Of a stretch of DNA of 64,000 nucleotides, positions 12,794-25,191 are shown piece by piece (the stretch's first letter is position 1; every line of letters starts with the position of its first letter). The DNA is taken from assembly GCF_052425735.1 (NCBI RefSeq), contig NC_135761.1, forward strand, positions 39,246,001 to 39,310,000, read 5' to 3'. Made by a program: the position numbers and the translations under genes. Under the pieces are notes generated by a model. It did not search any database. It saw only the letters and a program-made list of their open reading frames with translations, and was not told where the DNA came from. Source of the stretch: Oculina patagonica (taxonomy: Eukaryota).

Positions 12794-13921
12794 GTGAATC
12801 AATACCATTGAAAGCCAAATGGGCCTCCCAAGCACATTAATCAGCTACACGCTGGTCGAGCAATACATCTGCCCAAAAGGAGGAACACTTTTGGACACTG
12901 GCCCGGTAAAAGAAATACGATTTAGAAGGAGTCTTTCCGCCGATGTGGTCAAGCAAAGCTTGATCGAGGCCTTTCCAACCCTGGAGAACTTGGACTTGTC
13001 ATGTTAAGTGCTCACTTTGAATTGTGAATCCACTAACCATAACTGTTACACACCAGCTCTACATCGTTCAAAGTATGGATAATTATCGACCCAGTAAATC
13101 TCTTTCTAGTGAACACTATTCAACAGTTCTCTGAATAGCAATATATGCGTCCCTAACCAGAATATTTTTGCTTCTTTACTTTCAAAAGGGTGAGAGTCAT
13201 TTCATAGCATTAGAAAGGAACAACCATGACAGTTGTGCACGTTGGGGTGCCTATTGGCGACAAGATTATGGAGCTCTTTGGTGGAATGTCAAAAAAATCA
13301 CTGAATCTATAGTGAAGGTAATCACGAGGGAAGTTTCTCCCAGAAACATCAAGAAAACCCCTTGTCTGAACTTGCAAAAATAAGGCTCAATCCACACTGT
13401 TACAAAGGCTTGATAAAATACTCCATTCATTGAATGTTTCAATCTGGTGATTGAAGGTGTGCTGAGAAATGGGGCAAATGAGCACTCACCACTGACATGA
13501 AATTGTTTAAGAATAGAAAAACAATCCAGAACATTTTTGGGATCAGACAAAAGGTAAATGCTAAAAGCAGTTTCAAACTGCGAGAAGGGAACCTCTTCAC
13601 TGGTTGGAAAACATAAGTCACAGACATGTACTCTTTTCAAAATCAGTGTTAGCTAACGGAGCCACAAGCCACACCTGTATGGGCACAGGACACAATTTAT
13701 ACTCTTATTTGCAGTGTAGACTACAGGTGGCACCTGAACGCTCCCTGACTAATTAATTTGTGTTGACATGTTCCCCGTTACCAGAGTCAGAAGGAGCCTT
13801 GGCGTCTCCAATTTTTTAGAAAGAAGCAAGGAGGTGGAGGATGAACTATAAACAAGGTCTCTTGCCTCTTGATATTATAAAAAGACCAAAAATTAATAGC
13901 TATCCTGATGGTGTTGCATTA

Positions 13922-14200
13922 ACTCTAATCATTTCATAAAAAGCGTACGCATATATGGATTCATTGATGTTTGATAGTTAAGTCTTTTCTTTAGTCATCC
14001 CCAACTTATACTCCAGGGCAGACAAAGTTTGAAAAAACTGTTATTTCAAACTTTCGTTCTAGCTTACATTCAGAGACGAGGATGTCGCTGCGTTTCTTGA
14101 AGGCCATCTGGCCCTCGTAGAGGCAGTAGGTATAATCCTTCAGTTTATTTTACTGGCATTAAATGGAGATTCGTTAAGCCAAATGAGAAACTTTATCACA
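13922..14200 (+). repeat. Direct repeat of 15312-15715, containing a small exon-like unit
   Basis: ACTCTAATCATTT...CCAGGGCAGACAAAGTT and TAG|CTTACATTCAGAGA...GTAGGTAT are shared with 15312-15715, which has an extra ~110-bp internal segment. Confidence 0.8.
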
Positions 14201-14263
14201 ATGTTCAATATTATCACATAATTTTGTTTTTAAGTCGAAACATTTGTTCGTGAAAGTCAACAT

Positions 14264-14523
14264 GGCTTTGGGTACGGTGTGGCTATCGTTTATTGCTGTT
14301 AAGGACATTGGAACGCTTATAGTCAACCATTACGGTGAGCAAAAAGAAAGGCTTTGGGTACGGTGTGGCTAGCGTTTATTGCTGTTAAGGAAATTGGAAC
14401 GCTTATAGTCAACCATTACGGTGAGCAAAAAGAAAGGCTTTGGGTACGGTGTGGCTAGCGTTTATTGCTGTTAAGGAAATTGGAACACTTATAGTCAACC
14501 ATTATGGTGAGCAAAGAGAAAGG
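14264..14523 (+). repeat. 86-bp tandem repeat x3
   Basis: Units start at 14264, 14350 and 14436 (GGCTTTGGGTACGGTGTGGCTA...GAGCAAAAAGAAA). Preceded by ATG and followed by GTAAGT. Confidence 0.95.
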
Positions 14524-16828
14524 TAAGTTGAAGGGACAAGTCCCTGGATCCACTTTATTGGCCAGTTTTGAGTTCGCAAATGAACATCTTAACAAACGGA
14601 CAAAATACCGCCTCCTTGCCGCTGGGGTTACAAAATTTTATAACTTTTTTTTTTAAATGTTTAAATAGAAACTGCAACAAGTTACCGGCTAAGGAAAGAA
14701 GACCTAAGCACATTTTGATATAACTTCGCAACGAATTAAGTTACTTCTGGATTTTTTTTTCGTTTTTTGTATTTTCAGTGGTGAAAAAATACAAGATGTC
14801 AAGGAAAAAAGCGAACAGGTAAAAAATAGCATTTTCTTTAAGTAAAGATATTTGTTCCTCGTTTATTTTACTGCAAATGTAAAGAGTGCTATAACAATAA
14901 AACTCTAAAGCAAGAACCTAATTATTTTCAATGATCATTATACTTTTTCGTAGATGCGCTGCGCACGTGCCTTGAAGTACCCTGGTAGTACAGTCGCTGA
15001 AGCCTTTCTTGTCTGCTCGCCTACATAAGCCAGGTGCGAGAAGGGAAATAGTAGTATAAATCAAAAAAAGCTTAGAAAAAGGTCGTAAAAGTGTCAATTT
15101 GTGTAATTCACACAAACGTTTGGGATGTAGCCTTTCTTCAGTGGGAAACCATTTTCCATTTGTGTACTCGATCGCATGCAAGATATAAAAGGCTCAAGAG
15201 TGCACGGAAGGCCACACCTGAAATTTTTGTGTAAAATTCAGCATTTTTTTATTTACCAGTATTTATTATTTGTTTTATAGTACATGTACTATTTTGAAAG
15301 TGCCACTCATCACTCTAATCATTTGTTAAAAAGCGTATGCATACATGTGTATATGGATTCAATTATGTTTGATAGTTTAGTCTTTTCTTCAGTCATCGCC
15401 AACTAATACTCCAGGGCAGACAAAGTTTTTTCACTTTGCAAGTCAACACGCATTCTGGTCGAGCAATAAGAAAAGGAAGCGCGATCGGTAAGAGACCTGT
15501 AATTCACCACTTCGGCAGCGCAGTATTTCAGTGTAAAAAATGTTATTTCAAACTTTTGTTGTAGCTTACATTCAGAGATGAGGACGACATCGCTGCATGT
15601 CTTGAGGATTTTAGAAGGCCATCTGGCCCTCTTAGACGTGGTAGGTATAATTCTTTAGTTTATTTTTCTGACATTAAATGGAGATTCGTTAAGCCAAATG
15701 AGAAACTTTATCAAAATTTTCGGGATTGGAAAATCATGACAAAATAACTTGCAACTTCAGAGCAGGAGTGGTTAGAAATTCAATTGAGGTAATATTTAGT
15801 TTACTTCATAAACCTTTACTAATTTTACCACAAGGTAGGCGGATTGCCACTGCGTTTCTTTTATTCAAGTAATATACATGTACACTCTTTATTTTACGCT
15901 TTATTCAAGGTTGATTTTCTTGTTGTATTTTAAATGTAAATTTTTCAAAAATAATGATATTGGAGATTTTGACACTGGCAAACCAGCTATGATATAGAAT
16001 CGCTTACTGCATCTCACAGACATATAATTGACAAAAATAAGTAATTTCAAAGAATTTCAATTGAGGTAATATTTAGTGTATTTCACAAACCTTTATTCAT
16101 TTTACCACGAGGCAAACACCCAGGAGCAAAAAAAAAAAAATGGGAAAAAGAGAAAATGAAGAAGAAGTCCATCAACATGGAACGCCTAAAAATCAGTTAC
16201 GACAGTGTAATAGAAGAGAAAGGGGGGATGAGAAAGAACTTTTCAAAAAACTAATGAACGCCATCAAAGACAACAAAAAGAAGTCTTTCTCTTTCGCATT
16301 GAGACAAGGCCTCTTACTCTGTGAAGTAAAAAAAAATTGACAAAAGAACGTTTAAAAGAGTTTGTGACAATTGCAAATTTACTATAAGATATGTAAATTT
16401 TTTAATTGCATTTTTAAACCTTGTCAGTAAATTCACAAGGTTTCAATATTGCATGTTATAAATTAGAGTTTTCATGGCAAACATGAAAGTAATAAAAGAA
16501 ATTTGTAAGGAGAACAATACATTTTGGATTGTGTAAAGAAGATAGCTAGCATCTGAAAAGATGTGATGTCACAGGCACAGCAGTGCTGGCCTAGAGCTAT
16601 TTGTTAAATGTTACATAACTTAAAAATCTAGAAATTTCCCACTTTTTAAGTTAAATGTTTCCTTCCTTTGTTTCCTTTTTAAAGTTAAATGTTACAGCCA
16701 GTCTAAAGCTATTGTGTAAATAAATTTACGCAGGATTTTTTATCCTGTAATATCTGACTTAACATTTACTGCAGGAATTAATATAGTAAAAATGGGTAGA
16801 GGGAAGAGAAGGCCAACCCTCCTTACCG

Positions 16829-17209
16829 TTGGGAGATTACCTGGGAGACTTCACGAACGAGTTAGACGATGATGACTTCATTGTGGAATTTTCAGCAGCC
16901 GGACCGAAAAATTACGCGTACAAGACCAAACTGGGAAAAATCTCTTGTAAAGTAAGGAGTTTCTCGTTGAACGTTAGAGGATCCGCGCAACTTAACTTTG
17001 AGACATTGAAAGAAAACGTCAAATCCGAAGTGAAAGAACCCTTGTCCGAAACGAGGACCATTGCCGTGTTTAACCCTCACAAGATCACTCGAGATAAAAA
17101 GAGCAAAACCCTCAACACCGTGACCGAGATTAAACGGCATCAAGTCGTCTTTGATAAGAGAGTGGTAGATGTCAACACGTATTTCTCGTACCCATACGGG
17201 TTCCTCTAG
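16829..17209 (+). pseudogene. Polinton/Maverick (adintovirus-like) protein-primed DNA polymerase B, C-terminal fragment
   Basis: GDYLGDFTNEL...IVEFSAAGPKNYAY...CKVRSFSLN...LNF...VVFDKRVV...SYPYG is the characteristic Polinton pPolB C-terminus. Confidence 0.9.
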
Positions 17210-20200
17210 TACAGACCCGACGTAGAAAAAGAAGAAGAATTGGATTTGATGACCCAGGTGCCGTTGCAAAGGCCAAAATAAAGTCTAGCTCGTGTAGTTC
17301 CAAGACTAACTGGGAAAACATTTTTAAATGGACTTTAATTGTTTGTTGGTGTTTTTTCTTTTCTCAGAGCAATTTGAAATTTATTAGAGACTATAACGAG
17401 ACTTATTTCAGAGAGTTGATACAAACTTTGGAACAAAGAGCCTCTAACTCGTTCCCAGCAATACCGAGAAAAGGGGGATACCCCTCCCCTCTCTCACGTG
17501 TTTCTTTTTTTTGAAAATAGCTTTACAAGCGTGCGTTTTCTCAGAATCGCCGACCTAGAAAAAGCAATGTAGACTCATCTGCGCATGCGTTTAGTTCCAG
17601 GAAGAACAATACCATAAGGAACGCAAAGCGCTTTCTAAAAAAATACCTTTGTGGTCTTGCACACTGTATTAATTAATTGCGAATCCTTTCTAGTCATAGA
17701 ACTCAAAACAAACGTCTTTCATGTCTGATTTTTTATCTATATGTAATAGATACAACCATTGTAGCAATGTAAACTTTACTGGGATTGGTTCAAAGCATAA
17801 AAGCTCTCATTCATGGCTTGTACTTTAGCACGCAATGTCTAAGTAGTTTATAGTACAAGCTCACCTATTGGCAATGTTTTTTACAGACACTGTCTTGCCC
17901 TAAAAGCAGCTACCATGGCACGCCCTCGTCAACAAAAGGCGAAGAAGTCAGCAAGACCTCACCAGTTCCCACTCACAGTTAGTACGAAAGTTGAGGACAA
18001 CCTTGGCCAGCCAAGCTGCAACAACCGCCAACAACACTGGCCGGACCGCTGAAGGACGTGTAGCAAGACCACGCTCAGGTTGCCAGCGAGTTCAAAACAC
18101 TCAGCGTTTTAAGCTGCCACTATTTTCAATCAACAAGCAAGGAGAAAAAGTGGTTGACGAACTTTTTAAATAGTTGATTCAAACTTACCCAGAACTATCA
18201 GTTGGCGTGTTGCCTGATATCGTTTTAGCTGAAGTGGTGTTGCCCAAGAATCGAACAACAAAAAATATTGAAGATATAAGAGAGAAGCTGAAGAAAAGCA
18301 TTAAAAATCCAGGATTCAAGGATTACACTAACATGCATTTAAGATTGGATAATGAGGAAACATGTCTTGAGACATAAAGAAAACTTGAATTAGCAGAGAA
18401 GATGAAAGAAAAATAATCATGAACAACTGAAAGTAACCCCTCCTGCAGGCCTGCTTACAAGTTTCCCATTCCTAACAGGAACTCCCCGACAACAAGAACC
18501 AGGTGTGTTTAACATAGGCAAATATACCACGTGCAAGAGGATTGTAGACTTCCACGGAAAAAAGATGAGGATGCTGGTAAAGAGGAGATAACAGAAATGG
18601 TAAGGAGATCATTGCCCTTTGATTCATCAGCTGCTGCTACCCCAGAAGACCAGAGGAATGTAAAAGAAAGTGTGGCAGTGACCATTTGAGAAGGTCAAGG
18701 TCAAGGTGTCCCTGAACAAAAGATCAAACACATAGAGCTTTCTTTTGTCTGAATGTTTCATTGTTCTTATAAGAAGAAGATACTTGAAGTTAGAGAATGT
18801 AGGAAGCAATTCCTTTCAAATGTAGTTTACATGGTATTACATTTTCTCTGTTACAAACCCCAAACTTCAAGGTATCAGGCTTATTAACATTCTGTTCTTT
18901 TACTTAGATACATCTGATAATTAAAGAATGAGTTCTAAATCTTATGCTCATGCCATGTCCAGATCCAGAAGTGGAGAAGAAACCAACCGCATAGCACAAC
19001 TTGGAGCCCATTGAGTATTGCGATAAAAAAGACAAAGAGACTGTGAAACAAATAAAATCTGGCAAGTTTCATTTTAAAGATTTGCGAAACAAAAAGGTAC
19101 AAAGGCTAGATACCAACAGCACTAAGGAGTTTAAGACCCTGTGCAAGGAACTACTGTTCAACAACAGTAGCTGCTTATGAAGCAGGGAGTCATTTTCCAT
19201 GCATTTGTACCTCAAATATGTCTTTGCTTGATGCTTGTCAGGCGGATGTTGGGGACAGTATGTTGGCAGAAATGGAATTACAGTGCTTACAGAGTGGTTC
19301 TACAACAACCAACTACATTCGCACCAGCGAACGTCACCGACGGGAGGTGGATCGAGCCGAAAGACTCGGAAAAGAAATGTTTGATGCTGATCAGGCTGAT
19401 AGCAACAATGGCCTTTGTATTGATCCGAAGTCTTCCCATCATCCGAAAATGCAATGAAAAATGCAAAAGCCAAAACAGCCTATGGCAAACATGGCTAACA
19501 ATGCTGTTGTACTTTAAATGTGAATTTATCATTTTGAGCGAGCAAATTAATCAAAAGTGCGCACCCACTGTGATCATTGCATTGTATAAATCAAATCATT
19601 GTTTATGTAGGTTGAATGTTCTATCAGTTATTACCCTGTTATTATTGTGTACTATTTTGTTTCAGAGAAAGCAAACTTCCTGTCCTGGATACTGTACTGT
19701 TTACAATAGTTGTTGCAAACCAGAAGTCTGTGACAATAACTAATGTTTCCTTGGGGGTCAATATTTATGTAAGAATAGTGGGATTTGGTTCACAATGAAC
19801 ACACATTAAGAGTTTCTCAAAGCAGCAGTTGCAAATCCTGCAGACAGAAACAATGTTCTAAATACAAAGGAAGCTGCTACAGTTCCCATGTTAGGTGTCA
19901 GGTGCCAGCTGAAAGCAATATTTAATGAAAACAAGAATGCTACTGGAAGGGTTAAATATGTTGTTCTGACAACAAAGACAGAGGAAAAGGGGCATTCAAA
20001 ACATGGTCATTTTAATATGTATGTATGGGATACAGTGTTACTAACACCCGTGTTGAGCCTACTGCGAAAGGCTTTGACAAATGCCCAAAGCAACAGAAAA
20101 TTCAAGTGGAAAAAGATGTACAAAATTAATATTCTATCCTGCTGCATCTGGATAATGCAGTAGAAGAAGGTGGAGCTAAATGTGAGTTGGTGCAACAGCT

Positions 20201-20241
20201 AAATGTAGAGTAACAGTCACAGATCCACCATGCATCCAAGC

Positions 20242-20349
20242 TATTCTTTAACTAGTGACGATGTTGACATGAGAATTCTGCCTCGACAGATGACTAATTC
20301 AAACGTAAACAAAGATAACCACATGTTCCAGCTGTTGTCCTTCAAGAAT
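20242..20349 (+). pseudogene. DUF6589-like transposase-associated fragment (second copy at ~26872-26979)
   Basis: SLTSD(D/N)VDMRILPRQMT...NKDNHMFQ resembles the DNxD...PRxMT...HxF motif. Confidence 0.45.
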
Positions 20350-20870
20350 TTTCCATCAAACCAAGTCCTTATTTCTTCACCTAAGGATCAGGGTCCCAAA
20401 GAGTTTTAGGGCTGCAGGGCTCTCACAACAAAAGCGCAGGGCTCCTGCTGTATTGAGGACTCCAGGCTCCACTATGCATTTTTAAACTAATGCACAATTA
20501 AATCCTACAATTTGTTCGGGATCAAGTACCGAACAATTAACTTTGCCCCCACCAAGACCTCTCATCCCACAGGATTGTAATTTGGTATGTTTGATCTAGC
20601 CCCTCTATCAGACTTGAAATGCAACGTTCTTGTTACATTAACCCTAGGTCCTTGTGGAGGTCTTATTCGCCAATGCGATTTAAACAACAACATTAAAAGT
20701 TATGTTTATGACGCCTCCACGCAATTGTTGTGAGAGCAAGTTTTTGCTAACTTAAACGATGTTTGCATTATTTAAGTGCTTGCTTCATCTTACATAACAG
20801 ATTTTGGGTGCTTTCCTGCCGTTGAATAGTTCAGGTCATACGAAATATCAATTCACTTTTTACTTTTCAG

Positions 20871-20960
20871 AAGAGGAAAACCTACGCTGCTACAACTGCG
20901 GTGAGCTAGGCCACAAATTCTTTGAGTGTAAGGAAAAAAAGAGAAGAAACTGCCAGAAAA
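20871..20960 (+). pseudogene. CCHC zinc-knuckle exon-like fragment (second copy at ~27501-27590)
   Basis: RCYNCGELGHKFFEC (CX2CX4HX4C) directly after the acceptor TTTTACTTTTCAG. Confidence 0.7.
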
Positions 20961-21599
20961 AAACTAGGATAATGATGATAGGTCATGTGAACTTAATCCT
21001 GGGGGTGGTCAGGACAGAAGAGTGAGAGTTATAGCTAAGGCTTTTCAACCCTTTCCACGTCTAGCAAAACTTGGTTTGACCACAACAGAAGTGTGTAACA
21101 AACTTACAAGTATTTCTCAAAGATCTTGAGATTCCTGAATATAAAGACTTTTTGTCACAGACCAATTAAAAACAATTTGAAACTGTAGCCACAAACTGTG
21201 ATGAACGAAGAAATACCTGTCAACGAATGGCAGAAAAAGATTAAGTTGGCAGAACCGATGTTTATTCTATAAAGTTCTAAAATTCTGGGTAAGACAGAAG
21301 TGTTTTCCGTTTATGTGTTTATAGTACATCCTGCACATCGATCGGAAAGGCTCAAGGAATCAAATTTAGCTTTATTGATTGTTGAACTTTCCTCATAATC
21401 CAGCATTTTTTTCACAATCAACTAGGCATTTTCCCACCAGGTTTTTTTTTCCTCAAAATCATGCTTGAAATTTGGGGGTGTGGGTTATCTACGAGTGCAG
21501 CTTATACACAAGTTTCTACGGTACATCCATAGCACCCAAGACTGTTTTTGTGATTGTCAAAAGAGGGGTAAGCTTTTTATATATAATATATTTCACGCA

Positions 21600-22570
21600 T
21601 GAAACTCGAGTAACTGTCACCTTATAGTTTCTATATTGAATTTGTATTTTGCTCTACATTTATTTGTTTCAAGCACTCTTGCAAATGTGTGAATCCTTTT
21701 ATATTTTTTATTGGTTGGGCAGCTACCAGCCCCCAAAGAGGATGCCCACATTGTAAAAAGTTTTAACAATTTAGTTTTTATTTTTCACCTGAAGAAGACC
21801 AAATAGTTGAAAGGTATTATCAAATTTTGTCGGACCAGTCAGAAGTTCGTTGTCTTCAAATTTTCCCAAGTACAAAAATCTACAATTCTGCAAGAGATCA
21901 TTGAATCCTTTACTGGATGTTTCTACTGTGAGTTCTTTGTTTGGTAAGCCTCTTATTACACAAGCTATAATATATTTTAATTTTTTATCTCATTTTAGAA
22001 TCTTATTTCCATCTATCAAATTTCTTAAATTTCTTAATTTCTATGGGTGGCTAAAAAAGCTCAAACTTGTCCAAAAAACTACAGAACGGTCATTGAACTT
22101 AATGGAAAGCCTAATGGCGGACCAGTACCATGCAGAACTCTCTCCAAGCATCCTTGGAAAAAGTCTGCTGAATACATCATATGACCAGCCTAGCTGTTCA
22201 AAAGAATTACAAAGCAACAAAGAGGAATATGTGTACGAAATCCAGTTTCCAGCCTCCAAAAGAGTACACCAAACCCAGTAGTGGGAACAAGAAAACAACA
22301 AAGAAAGCAGATAAACGCAAGGCCACTGAAGCACTCCCTACCACAGAAGCTAAGATCAAAAAGACGGAAATTTCCATCAGGAAATTAAACGAACATTTAG
22401 AAAAAAAAGACTTGTCCGAAGACAGTAAGATATTCTGCAAGGGCCAATATTCTGGCAGACGAAGATTTTAAACAAGATATTAAGACAGTCAAAGAGAAAG
22501 CAGAGCAAGGCTTTATCTGCGCTCTAGCAAGGTTTCACTATCGCCATCAAGAAAAACAGAAAATTAAGCT
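21600..22570 (+). mobile_element. Penelope-like element 5' fragment (pLTR with decayed hammerhead plus N-terminal ORF); second copy at ~28230-29190
   Basis: CACCTGAAGAAGACCAAATAGTTGAAAG at 21786 is a decayed hammerhead core. ORF ...IRKLNEHLEKKTCPKTVRYSAGANILADEDFKQDI...LARFHYR resembles cnidarian PLE N-termini. Confidence 0.55.
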
Positions 22571-22789
22571 GTATATTTTTAATTTGTTTATAGGTTTTTT
22601 ATATTTTTATATGTTTTTCCCATGTAGTTTTATCTTTTTAAATTTGTTAAGTTTTTTTATAGTCTTAACTTTTATATACATTTTTAATTCCTCTATTTTT
22701 ACCTTTTGACCACTATGATAACAGTACTTTCAAGTACTGATGAGTTAATCATGTTTAAAGATTTGTTTAATGTGGCGAAAACAATGCTA

Positions 22790-23389
22790 ATAGTGGGAGG
22801 GGGGTCGCCTGGGGGTCACATGGTTTTACAGCTCAGCTTCTGAGGTCAGCTCATTTTCACGTGCACTTTTGCCATTCAACTGTCTTTGACATCTTCGCTG
22901 TGTTCTCCTTCGATTATTTGCTTGATGATGGATTCTCGTGGCACTAACAATAGTTTGAATACCGCCCCGATGTTGTCTGGAGATGGGGTTTCGTCAGCTT
23001 CAGTTGTTTGGTCGGCTGGCGAGAATGTTTTGGCTCCTTTGGCAAGTCAAGCATCGCAAGTTGTTCATCATCCGGCTGGGTCATCGACCGGTGGATTTTC
23101 GCCGGATTTGGTTGCACTAATTTCGCAGACGGTACAAGCTTCTTCAAATGCTGTGCCTTCAACTCTAACCCTGCCAAGTTCATCTGCAGCGTTCCCTGTG
23201 TCTGTCACGCCGCCATGTTCGGTGGGCATTCCTGCCGTAATTCCTTTGCTCGCTAGTTCCACTGAAAGCTTGTTGGCTTCAGGAACGGGATTCGTCGCTC
23301 CACCGGTACAAGGTAGGCCACTTGTTGTACCGTCTTTCGACTCTACGTTTGCACCGCCTTCTATGTCGTCCTCCGTTTTTAGCGGGTAG
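22790..23389 (+). pseudogene. DIRS/Ngaro-like retrotransposon ORF1 5' fragment (second copy at ~29430-30041)
   Basis: Ser/Pro/Ala-rich ORF with FSPDLVALISQTVQA and QGRPLVVPSFDSTFA, resembling cnidarian tyrosine-recombinase retrotransposon gag N-termini. Confidence 0.5.
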
Positions 23390-23579
23390 GCGTACATGTT
23401 TAAAGATTTGTTTATTATTATTAACAAAGACAAAGCTGGAGAGTCTGGGAATGCTTTCGTAGCGAACAGACGTTGTTTTCGAGTCTCCGAAGAAGACCAG
23501 ACCAAATGAGAACTTACTTGTAATTTCATCGTCCAAAACATTCCCTGAAGTTTATATAAAGTTGTCTTAATGCAAAAGT

Positions 23580-23980
23580 ATGACTGAAAAAGGAAAAGGG
23601 AAGAAAGAGAAGCGAGCCAGACCAAGTAGCTCAACCAGCGATGAATGCGATCAAGATGGCCAACATTACGAAGAACTTCTCGCGCACTACAAAGCACTGG
23701 AACAAAAAGACGCCGAGAAGAGTGTGGAAAATTGCCAAACTAAAAGCTCTCCTTCAGGAGGCAAAAGACGATTTAAAAGCTCTAAACGACAAAGTAGATG
23801 CTCTCAAAGCTTCGGTTTAGTTTACGCAAAAGGAACAAGATGAAGTAAAAGACCGTTTGACGACGTGCGAAAAAGACCATATCAGACAAGAGAACGAGTT
23901 GACCTGCCAAAGTATCTACAGCCGGAGATGGAACTTGCTGTTCTTTAAAATTAATGAAAGCAAAGACAAGAATTGCCACC
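23580..23980 (+). pseudogene. Non-LTR retrotransposon ORF1 5' fragment (second copy at 30232-30630)
   Basis: MTEKGKGKKEKRARP..., a coiled coil, then QSIYSRRWNLLFFKINESKDKNC. Confidence 0.8.
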
Positions 23981-24691
23981 TGCTCATATGATTTAAAATT
24001 GACAGACAATGAAGGCAAAGATTTTAATTAACTCATGTGTGTCTGTTAAATGTGTCAATAACACAGAGGGTAAAAAAAAACAAAGTAAAGAGTTAAATAA
24101 CTACACAAAACCTAAAGAGACACCAAAAGAAACAAACTAACAAACTTAGCCTCGCACCAAACAAATAAGGAGGAAAAATTCATGAAAACCCTCTTGAATA
24201 AAAACCTCACTGATTTCCAAACTTTAGTTACCTCCTGGGGATTGAAATTTATACCTGTGAACAAATCCAACACAAACAAGATCCAGCGGCATTTAATGCA
24301 GCATTTTTAACATTTTAAAAGACGAATGCATCCTTAACATATGTTTCACAGAAGACTAAAAGAAGTTCACCCTTTCCATGTAAAATCCCACTGGAACCCA
24401 CCAGTTCAAAAGTTAGTTGTTGCAGGGTTCTCAGTTGAACCCGTAATCGTAACAACAGTCACGGGTGTCACAGGTAAGTGTTACGGCTGTCAAAGTGCTT
24501 AAACCAGTCGATCATTTGATCTTTGAAGTGCAGATAAAAGAACAACTTTTTCAGTAAATTACTGGGTAAACTATTGACTGTTAGTTTCTTTTGCAATGTA
24601 CCTTTCTTCGGTTTTAGTTGTCGAAGTGAATAGCCTTTCAGCAGACAACAGAATGACCGAACAATTGCTTTGCATCTTCGCAACATTGATT

Positions 24692-25191
24692 NNNNNNNNN
24701 NNNNNNNNNNNNNNNNNNNNNNNNNNNNNNNNNNNNNNNNNNNNNNNNNNNNNNNNNNNNNNNNNNNNNNNNNNNNNNNNNNNNNNNNNNNNNNNNNNNN
24801 NNNNNNNNNNNNNNNNNNNNNNNNNNNNNNNNNNNNNNNNNNNNNNNNNNNNNNNNNNNNNNNNNNNNNNNNNNNNNNNNNNNNNNNNNNNNNNNNNNNN
24901 NNNNNNNNNNNNNNNNNNNNNNNNNNNNNNNNNNNNNNNNNNNNNNNNNNNNNNNNNNNNNNNNNNNNNNNNNNNNNNNNNNNNNNNNNNNNNNNNNNNN
25001 NNNNNNNNNNNNNNNNNNNNNNNNNNNNNNNNNNNNNNNNNNNNNNNNNNNNNNNNNNNNNNNNNNNNNNNNNNNNNNNNNNNNNNNNNNNNNNNNNNNN
25101 NNNNNNNNNNNNNNNNNNNNNNNNNNNNNNNNNNNNNNNNNNNNNNNNNNNNNNNNNNNNNNNNNNNNNNNNNNNNNNNNNNNNNNNNNNN
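24692..25191. other. Assembly gap (500 N)
   Basis: Run of n. Confidence 1.

Larger units (their letters stand above)
18570..24689 (+). repeat. Copy 1 of ~6.1-kb near-identical direct duplication
   Basis: Starts GATGCTGGTAAAGAGGAG and ends CAACATTGA immediately before the gap. The same block restarts immediately after the gap. Confidence 0.95.

Noticed and set aside
14264-14523. CRISPR-like array
   Set aside because: Head-to-tail 86-bp units with no unique spacers, no cas genes, eukaryotic context.
19177-19743. 188-aa ORF (and its copy at 25807-26373) as a real protein
   Set aside because: Cys/Leu-rich composition typical of off-frame and intronic sequence. The overlapping frame 19218-19457 looks more protein-like.
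22737-22770. CTGATGAG hammerhead-like core
   Set aside because: No stem II or GAAA at a suitable distance.
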